DNA of 64,000 nt from Candidatus Yanofskybacteria bacterium CG10_big_fil_rev_8_21_14_0_10_46_23 (GTDB taxonomy: Bacteria > Patescibacteriota > Minisyncoccia > 2-02-FULL-40-12 > IGHO2-12-FULL-4): contig PCXO01000005.1 of the NCBI GenBank assembly GCA_002771135.1, positions 38,061-102,060 on the forward strand, written 5' to 3'. Both the position numbers and the translations under genes were made by a program. The notes under the pieces are model-generated. The model saw nothing but the letters and a program-made list of their open reading frames with translations. It was not told the origin of the DNA and did not search any database. Each line of letters opens with the position of its first letter. Positions within the stretch are counted from its first letter, which is position 1. Positions 1 through 9,708 of this stretch are shown one piece after another.

Positions 1-209
1 CGGCGCTTATCTCGGTAAACCTGGCGGTTCTTAATATAATCCCTTTCCCGGCCCTAGATGGCGGTCGGCTCCTGTTTATTATTATCGAGAAGATTCGACG
101 TCGAGCTATTCCTCAGAAAGTTGAAGGGTTGGTAAACGCGGCCGGTTTTTCTCTTCTGCTGTTATTGATGGTTTATATTACCGTTAAAGATGTTCTCCAT
201 TTTTTGTAA
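1..209 (+). CDS. rseP: RIP metalloprotease RseP (M50), C-terminal part, truncated by window edge
   Basis: Frame from nt 3 reads ALISVNLAVLNIIPFPALDGGRLL...; NxxPxPxLDGG motif; TAA at 207-209; upstream of proS. Confidence 0.9.
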   Translation, partial: ALISVNLAVLNIIPFPALDGGRLLFIIIEKIRRRAIPQKVEGLVNAAGFSLLLLLMVYITVKDVLHFL

Positions 210-245
210 TCGCAAAATAAATAGAAAGAGCTAATTTTTATTCAG

Positions 246-383
246 AAAAATATGTTTAATCAAGAAACCGTATCGCCTGTGGATTGCATGGTCCGACCAG
301 CTTGGGGGGGCGGAATCCATAGGCGATGCGGAATGAACAAAACTCGCTGGGTTTTGGAATGTTTTCGGATTAAATATATTTTT
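246..383 (+). ncRNA. Candidate structured ncRNA (6S-like rod)
   Basis: Outer stem 246-261/368-383 (16 bp), inner stem 268-285/314-331 (18 bp), side hairpin 338-356; mismatches are G-U wobbles on the + strand. Confidence 0.5.
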
Positions 384-426
384 TACATTTGTTAAGTCAT
401 CTCCATTCGGCCATAATAAAGACAAT

Positions 427-1665
427 ATGAAAATTTCCGAATCTCTGATAAAAACCCAAAAACATACCGCTAAAGACGAGACCAGTCGAAATGCCCAACT
501 TTTGACTCAAGGGGGCTTTATTTATAAAAATATGGCTGGCGTTTATAGCTATACCCCAATCGGTCTTCGGGTTCTAAACAAAATCATGGGGATAATTCGG
601 GAAGAGATGGACAGGATCGGGGCTCAGGAATTATTTTTAGCCTCGCTTCAGGATCCTCAGATTTGGGAGAAAACAGAGCGTTGGTCCGATGAAGCGATCG
701 ATGTCTGGTTTAAGACCAGACTTAAAAATGAGACGGAGATCGGCTTAGCCACAACTCACGAGGAGCCACTGACGGAAATGCTTAGCCACTTTATCGGATC
801 CTATAAAGATTTACCCCGCTATCTTTATCAATTTCAAACAAAATTTCGGAATGAACTTCGGGCCAAAAGTGGTTTGATGCGCTCTCGGGAGTTTATCATG
901 AAGGACCTCTATTCTTTCAGTCGATCCGAGGCCGAACTTCAAGAATTTTATGATCAAGTGATTCTGGCCTATTCAACGATCTTTCAGCGTCTCGGTCTCG
1001 GGGAAAAAACGATCATTACTTATGCCAGTGGTGGAAGTTTTTCTGATTTTAGTCACGAATTTCAAACTTTAACTGAAGCGGGCGAGGACACAATTTATTT
1101 GGACGAAGAAAAGGGGTTGGCGATCAATAAGGAGGTTTATTCCGATGAAGTCATCACCAAATTAGGGTTGAATAAGAGCCGTCTCGTGGAGCGAAAATCA
1201 GTTGAGGTGGGGAACATCTTTAAATTGGGGACGCGATTTTCCGAGACCTTGGGCCTTGGCTTTACCGATGAAGATGGCCGGAAAAAACCGGTTGTTATGG
1301 GTTCTTACGGAATCGGTCCCGGGCGGGTCATGGGGACAATTGCCGAGCTACACAACGATGATCAGGGTTTAATTTGGCCCGAAGCGGTTACGCCTTTTCA
1401 GGTTTATCTCATTGGTCTAGATACCGGTTCGATTGAGGCGGAAAAAATTTATCGGCAACTGCTGGAGTCCGGGGTGGAGGTTTTATTTGATGACCGGGAC
1501 TCGGCCAGCCCGGGGGAGAAATTCGCTGATGCCGACCTTCTGGGGATTCCGTATCGGGTCGTCGTTAGCCCAAAGACGATCAAAGAGAACTCCATCGAGT
1601 TGAAATCACGTCAATCAAGTGAGACGGAACTAATTAAATTTAGTGAACTTTTGGAAAGGATCTAG
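427..1665 (+). CDS. proS: Proline--tRNA ligase
   Basis: Class II motifs (LATTHEE, FRNELR, REFIMKDLYSF, MGSYGIG) and anticodon-binding domain. Confidence 0.95.
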   Translation: MKISESLIKTQKHTAKDETSRNAQLLTQGGFIYKNMAGVYSYTPIGLRVLNKIMGIIREEMDRIGAQELFLASLQDPQIWEKTERWSDEAIDVWFKTRLKNETEIGLATTHEEPLTEMLSHFIGSYKDLPRYLYQFQTKFRNELRAKSGLMRSREFIMKDLYSFSRSEAELQEFYDQVILAYSTIFQRLGLGEKTIITYASGGSFSDFSHEFQTLTEAGEDTIYLDEEKGLAINKEVYSDEVITKLGLNKSRLVERKSVEVGNIFKLGTRFSETLGLGFTDEDGRKKPVVMGSYGIGPGRVMGTIAELHNDDQGLIWPEAVTPFQVYLIGLDTGSIEAEKIYRQLLESGVEVLFDDRDSASPGEKFADADLLGIPYRVVVSPKTIKENSIELKSRQSSETELIKFSELLERI

Positions 1666-1745
1666 GCCTCTTTATTGACATAATTTATTTTTTATCTTAA
1701 TATCACTCGAGTTCTTTCAACTTACAAGGAGAGAAAAAATGATTA

Positions 1746-2117
1746 TTGGCTCGGCGGCCCATTTCAAGATCTGTGATTGTCCCTGCCCGCCCCCCCATGG
1801 AGAGGTTATCCTCTCCTAATGGCCGAATTTCTCCGGTTATTTTCTCGAAGGCCTTGGCTTTGCGGGTTATTGATTTAGCCGCGGCGGCCGGCTTGATAAC
1901 CAATTGGGAGATACCCGAGGTGAGGCGCCAAATCAAGGCGTCCTCTCTTCTGGATTTTGTGTCTGATTCAGATCGAGAGGCGACCCTCGCCGATCTTGAA
2001 ACACTTCACCCTCAGACCGGGAGGACAAAAGAGCTGAATCGGGTCGAGGATATTTTCCGGGAATCGTGGGTGAAAAATTACCACGACCCTCAAGAGGGCT
2101 GGTCCTGGATCAATTAA
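1746..2117 (+). CDS. Hypothetical protein (orphan cassette; start uncertain)
   Basis: ORF between TTGACA (1675) / AAGGAG and a terminator. Confidence 0.5.
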   Translation: MARRPISRSVIVPARPPMERLSSPNGRISPVIFSKALALRVIDLAAAAGLITNWEIPEVRRQIKASSLLDFVSDSDREATLADLETLHPQTGRTKELNRVEDIFRESWVKNYHDPQEGWSWIN

Positions 2118-2121
2118 ACCG

Positions 2122-2142
2122 CCCACCTAACGGTGGGTTTTT
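2122..2142 (+). terminator. Intrinsic terminator
   Basis: CCCACC-taac-GGTGGG followed by TTTTT. Confidence 0.7.
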
Positions 2143-2175
2143 GTTTGCTTTGCCTTTAGTGGTCAGTTTGATAGA

Positions 2176-3237
2176 GTGGGAATGCTTATGTTGGGACGAT
2201 TTTTCGGCTTATTTTCAAAAGATATTGGAATTGATTTAGGGACGGCAAACACCCTTGTTTATGTGCGAGGTCGGGGGATTGTTATCAATGAGCCCTCAGT
2301 TGTGGCGGTTAACCAAAAAACCGGGCGAGTGCTGGCCATCGGAGAGGAGGCGCGAAAAATGGTTGGCCGGACTCCCGGCTATATTTCGGTCTATAAGCCG
2401 TTGGTTAACGGCGTAGTTTCAGATTTTGAAGTGACCGAGCAGATGCTCAAATATTTTATCGATAAAGTTCATGAGGGTAATTTCCTATTTCCCCCGCGAC
2501 CCCGGGTGGTGGTGGGCCTTCCCTCGGGAGTGACGGAAGTGGAGCGTCGCGCGGTGGAGGATGCCACTTATAATGCTGGCGCTCGGGCTGTCTTTTTGAT
2601 TGAAGAACCGATGGCGGCGGCAATCGGGGCCCGCCTACCTATTCAAGATGCTTCGGCCAACGTTATCGTTGACATTGGGGGTGGGACGACCGAAGTGGCG
2701 GTAATTTCGATGGGGGGAATGGTTACCTCGCGGTCGCTTCGAATAGCCGGAGATGCTCTAACTAAAAATATTATTCAATACTTGCGAGAAGAGCACAATC
2801 TTTTTATCGGTGATGCGACCGCCGAACGCTTGAAAATTGAACTCGGCTCTGCCTTCCCTCTGGAAGAAGAACTGGAATCGACGGTTCGCGGTCGAGATTT
2901 GGTTACGGGACTACCCAAAGAAATAAAAATTACCTCTCAACAGGTTCGGGTTGCTTTAGCTCCTTCCGTCCAAAGAATTGTTGCCTCGGTTCGAAGCGCG
3001 ATTGAAGAGACCCCGCCGGAACTCATTGCCGATTTGTTGAATCGTTATATCTACATTTCCGGTGGCGGAAGTTTGCTCCGAGGACTGGATGAACTAATCG
3101 CCAAAGACACTAATTTACCGGTGCGAGTCGTTGACGACCCGCTAACCTCGGTGGTTCGAGGCTGTGGCTTGGTGCTAGAGAATATCGACGAGTTACAAGA
3201 TATTTTAGTTTCGACTCAAAAGGAGGGCTATGTTTAA
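2176..3237 (+). CDS. mreB: Rod shape-determining protein MreB
   Basis: IGIDLGTANT, DIGGGTTEVA and GGGSLL actin-fold motifs; first gene of mreBCD-mrdA. Confidence 0.95.
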   Translation: MGMLMLGRFFGLFSKDIGIDLGTANTLVYVRGRGIVINEPSVVAVNQKTGRVLAIGEEARKMVGRTPGYISVYKPLVNGVVSDFEVTEQMLKYFIDKVHEGNFLFPPRPRVVVGLPSGVTEVERRAVEDATYNAGARAVFLIEEPMAAAIGARLPIQDASANVIVDIGGGTTEVAVISMGGMVTSRSLRIAGDALTKNIIQYLREEHNLFIGDATAERLKIELGSAFPLEEELESTVRGRDLVTGLPKEIKITSQQVRVALAPSVQRIVASVRSAIEETPPELIADLLNRYIYISGGGSLLRGLDELIAKDTNLPVRVVDDPLTSVVRGCGLVLENIDELQDILVSTQKEGYV

Positions 3238-4009
3238 TTCCTCACAAATTATCGCTCGATTTTTATTTTTTTTCAGTATCTTTTTAATTGGGGTTATCAC
3301 GGCCGGGGGGTTTCTCCGGGGGGCTCCTTTCTATTTCTTTTCTCGGCCGGTCGCGGGAGCCACCGAAATTAGCTTAGAGCTAAGATACTTTTGGCAATCC
3401 CTAACAAATTATAGAGAAATTTTTGAAGAAAATATTTTTCTGCGTCAAAAATATTCCGAACGACTCTCGCAGGAAGCCCGTGTGGCACAACTGGAGGCGG
3501 AGAATAAGCAACTTCGAGACCAATTGAAAATTGGGCCGGTTCCTCAAAACAAACTATTGCCGGTGCGGATTATTTTGAGTAAAGATGGTTTAGTCCAGTC
3601 CGGGGTTTTGATTGATTCTGGCACCTCGAGCGGTATTGAGGTGGGCGATGTTTTAATTTATGGCGGGAATGCCTTTATCGGGGTTGTCCAAGAGGTTTTT
3701 GACACAACGGCTCGAGTCACTCGACTTGGAGATCCCAGTTTGGAGATAAGTTTAGAGACAAATCGGGGCGTCCTTGCTTCAACTGAGGGAAAGATTGATA
3801 ACAATATTGAACTCAATCTGGTTTCGATTGACGAACAGGTCTCTATTGGAGATCTAGTCTTCACCAGTGGGCTTGACGGTTTGGCCCGAGGGGTTATTGT
3901 CGGGGTTGTCGTTCGTTCCGAATCTCCAAGTGGGGAATTATTCCAAAAAGTGGAGGTGGAACCGATTGTTAAAGTAATCGACTCCAATCAAGCTTTTGTC
4001 TTAAAATAA
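3230..4009 (+). CDS. mreC: Rod shape-determining protein MreC
   Basis: N-terminal TM, coiled coil (LEAENKQLR), FTSGLDG motif; follows mreB. Confidence 0.85.
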   Translation: MFNSSQIIARFLFFFSIFLIGVITAGGFLRGAPFYFFSRPVAGATEISLELRYFWQSLTNYREIFEENIFLRQKYSERLSQEARVAQLEAENKQLRDQLKIGPVPQNKLLPVRIILSKDGLVQSGVLIDSGTSSGIEVGDVLIYGGNAFIGVVQEVFDTTARVTRLGDPSLEISLETNRGVLASTEGKIDNNIELNLVSIDEQVSIGDLVFTSGLDGLARGVIVGVVVRSESPSGELFQKVEVEPIVKVIDSNQAFVLK

Positions 4010-4010
4010 T

Positions 4011-4379
4011 TTGATGAAGTATTTATTCGGAATTATTTTTGGTTTATTTTATGATTTTGTTTTATCCGCTGGCTTTGGCTTACCTTCGGTAAACATTTTG
4101 CCGATTGTCTTGGTGTTACTTTTAATTAGCTCGGGGCGTCTTAATCGGCAGAGGTTATTCTTTGTTGGTTTGGGCGTTTTGGTCTATGATGCTTTCCAGC
4201 CCCACCACTTTGGTCTGGTTGCTTTCGCCTTTGCCTTATCCCTCGGCTTAGTTACGCTCATTAAAGAGCGGTTAATCCGTTTTGAGGCCCGCCCCCTATC
4301 GATCTTGTCTTTTGGCTTGATAATTGGCGCGATTCAATTTATGGCTCTTTCGGCTCTTGTCCGCATCTGGCCGGTTTAA
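4011..4379 (+). CDS. mreD: MreD-like membrane protein
   Basis: Hydrophobic multi-TM ORF between mreC and mrdA. Confidence 0.55.
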   Translation: MMKYLFGIIFGLFYDFVLSAGFGLPSVNILPIVLVLLLISSGRLNRQRLFFVGLGVLVYDAFQPHHFGLVAFAFALSLGLVTLIKERLIRFEARPLSILSFGLIIGAIQFMALSALVRIWPV

Positions 4380-4389
4380 TTTAGAGGTG

Positions 4390-6267
4390 ATGAATAAAAA
4401 ATATCGTATTTCTCCAAATGAAGATTTTGTTGATCCCGAGGAAACTTTGGCGGGTTCGCGGGGGCATGTTTCAACGATGGAGCATCCGGTTTCCGGGTCT
4501 ATTTTCCAAATTATTTTATTGGGGATAGTTTTTGTCTTAGTTTTCTATTTCATTTTTATTCTTCGCCTCTCTGTCGTCTCGGGGGGCGATCTTCGGTCGG
4601 CGGCAATTAGAAATGCCTCACTCAGTTATATTGTTTCGCCACCTCGAGGAACAATTTTTGATCGAAATGGTCAGACTCTGGCCTTTAATCTTCCCAATTT
4701 TAAACTGTTGCTAATCTCTCGACATGCTTCGATAAAATCACTTGAGAATGGAGCGGGACTCAGAATTGCCCAGATTTTAGATATTAGTGAAGCTGAAGTT
4801 GAGGCTGATTTTAATAGAATTAGTCGGGAGTCAGTCGTAGAGATAAAGAAGGATATTTCCAAAGAGCAGGCGGTTCAATTGGGCCAACTGGATATTCCGG
4901 GCTTAGTCGTGGTCTCCGAACCAGAGCGGGTCTATCCGCACGGTTCATATTTCTCGCATATCATTGGCTATATTAATAATGTTTCCGAAAAAGATCTTAA
5001 CCGAGATAGTTACTATTATCTTCGAGACAAAATTGGCCGAACCGGGATTGAGGCGACTTACGAAGCAATTTTACGGGGCGAGCATGGGGTCATCAATTTT
5101 TCTCAAGAGCATGTTGATCCGCAGAAAATTGTTGAGGAGGAATCCGGGAATAGTTTGGTTTTAAATATTGATTCCACTATCCAACAAGATCTCTTTGACA
5201 GCCTTGAAAAGGCGCTGAGATCGGCGGGGTTACATCGAGGGGCAGCGGTTATCCAAAATCCGAATAGTGGAGCGGTACTGGGGTTGGTCAGTTTCCCGAC
5301 CTACGACAATAATGAACTCCAAGATTCCTTAACCCAAGATCAAGTGACGCGTTTGTTTCAGGATTCGAATCGGCCTCTTTTTAATCGGGCTATCGGGGGT
5401 CTCTATAGCCCCGGTTCAACCATAAAGCCTCTTTACGCCCTAGCCGGCCTAAACGAAAAGACGATCACCCCCCAGACTTCGATAACCGACCTAGTCGGCT
5501 TTATTACCATTCCAAATCAGTTTGACCCCAATATTGTCTATACTTATCGAGATTGGAAGATCCAAGGCACGGTTGATCTTCGAAAAGCGATTGCCCAATC
5601 ATCAGACATCTTCTTTTATTCCGTCGGTGGGGGCTATGGAAACATCAAGGGGTTGGGTATTGATCGAATCACAAAATATTTAAGAGATTTTTTGGCGGAT
5701 AAAGCTTTAGGGATTGATTTGGCGGGGGAACAATCCGGATTTGTTCCGGACCCGACTTGGAAACTAGCTACGAAGGGGGAGCCTTGGTTTACCGGGGATA
5801 CCTATAATATCTCAATTGGTCAAGGAGATCTCTTGGTAACCCCGCTCTGGCTCAGTACTTACACCGCCGCGATTGCCAACGAGGGGATAATTTACCGACC
5901 TGAAGTTGTAAATAAAATTGTGAACAAGGAAAATGAAACTTTAGAGCTGTTTGAAAAAGAGATTATCGGTCAAGTTGATTTTGATCTTGCCGACCTTAGG
6001 GCGGTTCAGGAAGGTATGCGTCAAACGGCGACTACCGGAACGTCTCGATTATTGGCAAATTTGCCCGTGCCGGTGGCGGCAAAAAGCGGAACGGCCGAGG
6101 TGCTAAAGGGGAAGAGTTCCAACTCATTAATCACTGTCTACGGCCCCTATCAAGATCCTAATTTTGTTTTATCGGTTGTGATTGAGGGAATCAATCAAAA
6201 CCAGCAGGGTTTGGCGACGCAGGTAGCCTATGATTTCCTCACCAAATATTTTGCTAAAAATTTATAA
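4390..6267 (+). CDS. mrdA: Penicillin-binding protein 2 (transpeptidase)
   Basis: STIK (SxxK), SSD (SxN-like), KSGT motifs; PPRGTIFDRNG; ATG 4390 chosen over 4324. Confidence 0.92.
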   Translation: MNKKYRISPNEDFVDPEETLAGSRGHVSTMEHPVSGSIFQIILLGIVFVLVFYFIFILRLSVVSGGDLRSAAIRNASLSYIVSPPRGTIFDRNGQTLAFNLPNFKLLLISRHASIKSLENGAGLRIAQILDISEAEVEADFNRISRESVVEIKKDISKEQAVQLGQLDIPGLVVVSEPERVYPHGSYFSHIIGYINNVSEKDLNRDSYYYLRDKIGRTGIEATYEAILRGEHGVINFSQEHVDPQKIVEEESGNSLVLNIDSTIQQDLFDSLEKALRSAGLHRGAAVIQNPNSGAVLGLVSFPTYDNNELQDSLTQDQVTRLFQDSNRPLFNRAIGGLYSPGSTIKPLYALAGLNEKTITPQTSITDLVGFITIPNQFDPNIVYTYRDWKIQGTVDLRKAIAQSSDIFFYSVGGGYGNIKGLGIDRITKYLRDFLADKALGIDLAGEQSGFVPDPTWKLATKGEPWFTGDTYNISIGQGDLLVTPLWLSTYTAAIANEGIIYRPEVVNKIVNKENETLELFEKEIIGQVDFDLADLRAVQEGMRQTATTGTSRLLANLPVPVAAKSGTAEVLKGKSSNSLITVYGPYQDPNFVLSVVIEGINQNQQGLATQVAYDFLTKYFAKNL

Positions 6268-6380
6268 CTGTGATATTCTCCGAAGCTGGAATTATCGAAC
6301 TTGTCCGGTTCCCTATTTTATCAACAGTGACGAAAGTCGGTTTTGCTGATACTTTTAGTTGTTAGATTCCTCAAAAAATT

Positions 6381-6845
6381 ATGGATAACCCACACTATAT
6401 AAGCAAGGAAGGCCTCGAGAAGCTCAAGCTTGAGCTCGAAGAAAGGAAGAATAGAATTCGGCCGGAGATTGCCAAACGTATCTTGGAGGCGACCGGTTTT
6501 GGCGACTTGTCTGAAAACGCGGAGTATACGGAAGCTAAAGAGATGCAGGCCTTCAACCAAGGCCGGATTGAGGAGCTTGAAGATATAATCCGCAATGCTT
6601 CAATAATTGATAACGGCGGGAAGAAGCCGACGCTGGTTTCCGTTGGGACAACCGTCGCGGTCCAATTCCGAGGCAAGAAACAAGAATTTACTATTGTCGG
6701 AGCCTCCGAATCAGCCCCGGCCCAAGGTCTAATTTCGAACGAATCCCCGCTGGGGAAAGCTTTTGTCGGCAAAAAAAAGGGCGAAGAAGTGAAGGTCACT
6801 ATCCCCAAGGGAACCGTTACCTATAAGATTATAAATATATCGTAG
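6381..6845 (+). CDS. greA: Transcription elongation factor GreA
   Basis: GDLSENAEY and ISNESPLGKA motifs. Confidence 0.95.
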   Translation: MDNPHYISKEGLEKLKLELEERKNRIRPEIAKRILEATGFGDLSENAEYTEAKEMQAFNQGRIEELEDIIRNASIIDNGGKKPTLVSVGTTVAVQFRGKKQEFTIVGASESAPAQGLISNESPLGKAFVGKKKGEEVKVTIPKGTVTYKIINIS

Positions 6846-6865
6846 GTCTCAAAAATAGTTTTCTC

Positions 6866-6893
6866 TTAAAGGGTGTGGTGACACACCCTTTAA
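6866..6893 (+). terminator. Hairpin/terminator after greA
   Basis: Perfect 12-bp inverted repeat TTAAAGGGTGTG-gtga-CACACCCTTTAA. Confidence 0.65.
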
Positions 6894-6926
6894 ATTAGTC
6901 TAAAATGTAATAAATTAAATGAATCT

Positions 6927-8399
6927 ATGGCCCTTGAAGAAATTCGAAAAATAAAAATAAATAAGGTTGAGCGACTTCGAAAAAACGGGGCGGAACCCTA
7001 CCCGGCTTTAGTTGAGAGAACCCACACCATCGCCGAGGCGAAAGATGACTTTGAAAATTTACAAAACTCAGGCGAAACAATTACAATTGTCGGTCGGGTG
7101 GTCTCTCGTCGAGAACACGGCGGGTCGATCTTCATAAATTTGATCGATGGTGGGGGCGAGTTTCAGACATATTTGAAAAAAGACATTGTCGGCGAGGCGG
7201 TTTTCCAATCATTTATAGATTTTGCCGATGTCGGAGATTTTCTAGAGGTTTCCGGGAAACCTTTTACCACTAAAAAAGGTGAACCGACTCTAGAGATAAA
7301 TAGCCTTCGGATTATCTCTAAGGCTATCCTGCCGATGCCGGAGAAGTGGCACGGTTTAAAGGATGTTGAGGAGCGTTTTCGAAAACGTTATCTGGATTTG
7401 ATTTTCAATAAAGACGTTCGAACCAGTTTTGAGTTGCGGACAAAAATAATTGTGGCGGTCCGAAATTATTTTATCGATCACGGCTTCATGGAGGTTGAAA
7501 CCCCGATTCTCCAACCATTGGCGGGCGGGGCTTTGGCTCGACCCTTCAAAACGCATATGAACGACCTAGATTTGGATCTTTATCTCCGCGTTGCCCCCGA
7601 ACTCTATCTGAAGCGTCTTCTGGTCGGAGGGTTTGAACGAGTTTTCGAGATCGGAAAAGATTTTCGCAATGAGGGCATGGATCGAGAGCATAACCCGGAA
7701 TTCACGATGTTGGAGGCTTATGCGGCCTATCGCGACTACAACTGGATGATGGATTTTATCGAGAGCTTATTTAGAAAAGTTGTTAAAGAGGTTTTTGATA
7801 CGGAGAAAATTGAGACCGAAAAGGGGGAAATTAATTTTGGCCAACCCTTCCCGCGGCGGACTTTTAATGATTTATTGAAAGAACACGCTGGGGTGGATTA
7901 TGACGAAATTAGTGAGGCGGATTTAAAGATCAAAGCGGCGGATCTCGGGATCAAAGTCGAAGATAAAATGTCCAAAGGTCTTGTGGCTGATGAGATTTAT
8001 AAAAAGGTGGCTCGACCGGGGATCATTCAGCCAACCTTTATTATCAATCATCCCCTTGATATTTCTCCTTTGGCTAAAAAGATGCCGACGAATCCCAGTC
8101 ATGTTGAGCGATTCCAGCTCCTTTTGGGGGCGATGGAGGTGGCCAATGCTTTTTCCGAGCTGAATGATCCGATTGATCAGCGGGAACGCTTTGCCACCCA
8201 AGAAAAGAATCGAGATCGGGGTGATGAGGAGGCGCATCGGATGGACAATGATTTTATCGAAGCTTTAGAATATGGAATGCCCCCGGCCGCTGGCGTGGGG
8301 ATTGGGATAGACCGACTCGTTACGCTCTTGACGGGAGCCCATACGCTAAGAGAGATAATTTTATTCCCAACCATGAAGCCGGTTAAGATCGAAGAATAA
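6927..8399 (+). CDS. lysS: Lysine--tRNA ligase (class II)
   Basis: RFRKRYLDL, FRNEG, HNPEFTMLE, YGMPPAAGVGIGIDRL. Confidence 0.96.
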   Translation: MALEEIRKIKINKVERLRKNGAEPYPALVERTHTIAEAKDDFENLQNSGETITIVGRVVSRREHGGSIFINLIDGGGEFQTYLKKDIVGEAVFQSFIDFADVGDFLEVSGKPFTTKKGEPTLEINSLRIISKAILPMPEKWHGLKDVEERFRKRYLDLIFNKDVRTSFELRTKIIVAVRNYFIDHGFMEVETPILQPLAGGALARPFKTHMNDLDLDLYLRVAPELYLKRLLVGGFERVFEIGKDFRNEGMDREHNPEFTMLEAYAAYRDYNWMMDFIESLFRKVVKEVFDTEKIETEKGEINFGQPFPRRTFNDLLKEHAGVDYDEISEADLKIKAADLGIKVEDKMSKGLVADEIYKKVARPGIIQPTFIINHPLDISPLAKKMPTNPSHVERFQLLLGAMEVANAFSELNDPIDQRERFATQEKNRDRGDEEAHRMDNDFIEALEYGMPPAAGVGIGIDRLVTLLTGAHTLREIILFPTMKPVKIEE

Positions 8400-8400
8400 C

Positions 8401-9708
8401 ATGTTAGATATTAAATTCATTCGAGAAAACTTTGAGTTTGTAAAAAAAGCCGCTCATGATAAGGGCTGTAAGCTTGATTTTGATAAACTTCTAAAGCTGG
8501 ATAAGGAACGGCGAGATTTATTGGGTGAGCTGGAAAAACTTCGGGCTAATCAAAACAAAGGTTCGAAAGCTAAACCGACCCCGGAGGAGCAGGGGGCCCT
8601 AAAAAACAATAAGCAAAGGATCCAAGCCCAAGAAAAAGAGCTCGAGGGGGTTACAACTGAATTTGACGCGCTCATGCTTAAAATCCCCAATCCGGCGATG
8701 GCCGATGTCCCCGTCGGTAAAGATGAGGCTGATAACCAAGTCATTCGAAAGTGGGGTGAGCCTCGGGAATTTAAGTTCCGAGTTCGAGATCATGTTGAGC
8801 TGGGGGAGATTTTAGATGTTATTGATATTGATCGCGCGACCAAGGTTTCGGGCGCGCGCTCGGCTTATTTAAAGGGTGGCGCGGTTAAAATTCAATTTGC
8901 CTTAGTTCAGTTTGTTTTTGAGGCGCTGACTAATGAGAAAACTCTGGCCAAAATTATAAAATCAATGGGAGAGAAAATCAATCCAAAACCGTTTGTTCCG
9001 GTTGTTCCCCCGGTTATTATCAAGCCCGAACCCTTCCGCCGGATGGCTCGACTCTCCGAGGCTGACAAAGACGAACGCTATTACCTTCAACAAGATGATA
9101 AGTACTTGGTTGGGAGTGCCGAACACACTCTCGGTTCAATGTTTATGGACGAGATTATTGATGAACGCGATCTCCCAATCCGCTTCTTAGGCTATTCGAC
9201 TAGCTTTCGACGCGAGGCCGGTTCCTATGGGAAGGATACCCGAGGGATTCTTCGAGTGCATCAATTTGATAAGTTAGAGATGGAGTCATTTACGGTTGGC
9301 GAAGATTCGCTTAAAGAACACAACTTTTTTGTCGCGATTCAGGAATACTTGATGCAACAACTCGACATCCCATATCAGGTCATTTTAGTCTCTACCGGCG
9401 ACATGGGTGGCCCGGATGCTCACCAAGTGGACATTGAGGCTTGGATCCCGGGTCAAAATAAATATCGAGAAACTCATACTGCTGACTTAATGACCGATTA
9501 TCAGGCTCGTCGACTTCAAACCCGAGTCCGACGGCTCAATGGTCAAATTGAAGTTGCTCACACCAACGATGCGACCGCTTTTGCTATCGGCCGAATTCTT
9601 ATTGCCATCTTAGAGAATAATCAAGAAGAAGACGGGTCAGTTAGAATCCCCAAGATTTTACAAAAGTATCTTGGTCAAAAGGTAATTAGGCCCCCGGAAA
9701 ACAAATGA
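8401..9708 (+). CDS. serS: Serine--tRNA ligase
   Basis: MLDIKFIREN, FRREAGSYGKDTRG, VHQFDKLE. Confidence 0.96.
   Translation: MLDIKFIRENFEFVKKAAHDKGCKLDFDKLLKLDKERRDLLGELEKLRANQNKGSKAKPTPEEQGALKNNKQRIQAQEKELEGVTTEFDALMLKIPNPAMADVPVGKDEADNQVIRKWGEPREFKFRVRDHVELGEILDVIDIDRATKVSGARSAYLKGGAVKIQFALVQFVFEALTNEKTLAKIIKSMGEKINPKPFVPVVPPVIIKPEPFRRMARLSEADKDERYYLQQDDKYLVGSAEHTLGSMFMDEIIDERDLPIRFLGYSTSFRREAGSYGKDTRGILRVHQFDKLEMESFTVGEDSLKEHNFFVAIQEYLMQQLDIPYQVILVSTGDMGGPDAHQVDIEAWIPGQNKYRETHTADLMTDYQARRLQTRVRRLNGQIEVAHTNDATAFAIGRILIAILENNQEEDGSVRIPKILQKYLGQKVIRPPENK

Noticed and set aside
209-426. T-box riboswitch or SRP RNA upstream of proS; ORF 231-425 (-)
   Set aside because: No T-box UGGNACC antiterminator or SRP helix-8 motif is visible; the short ORF overlaps the stems and has no recognisable features.
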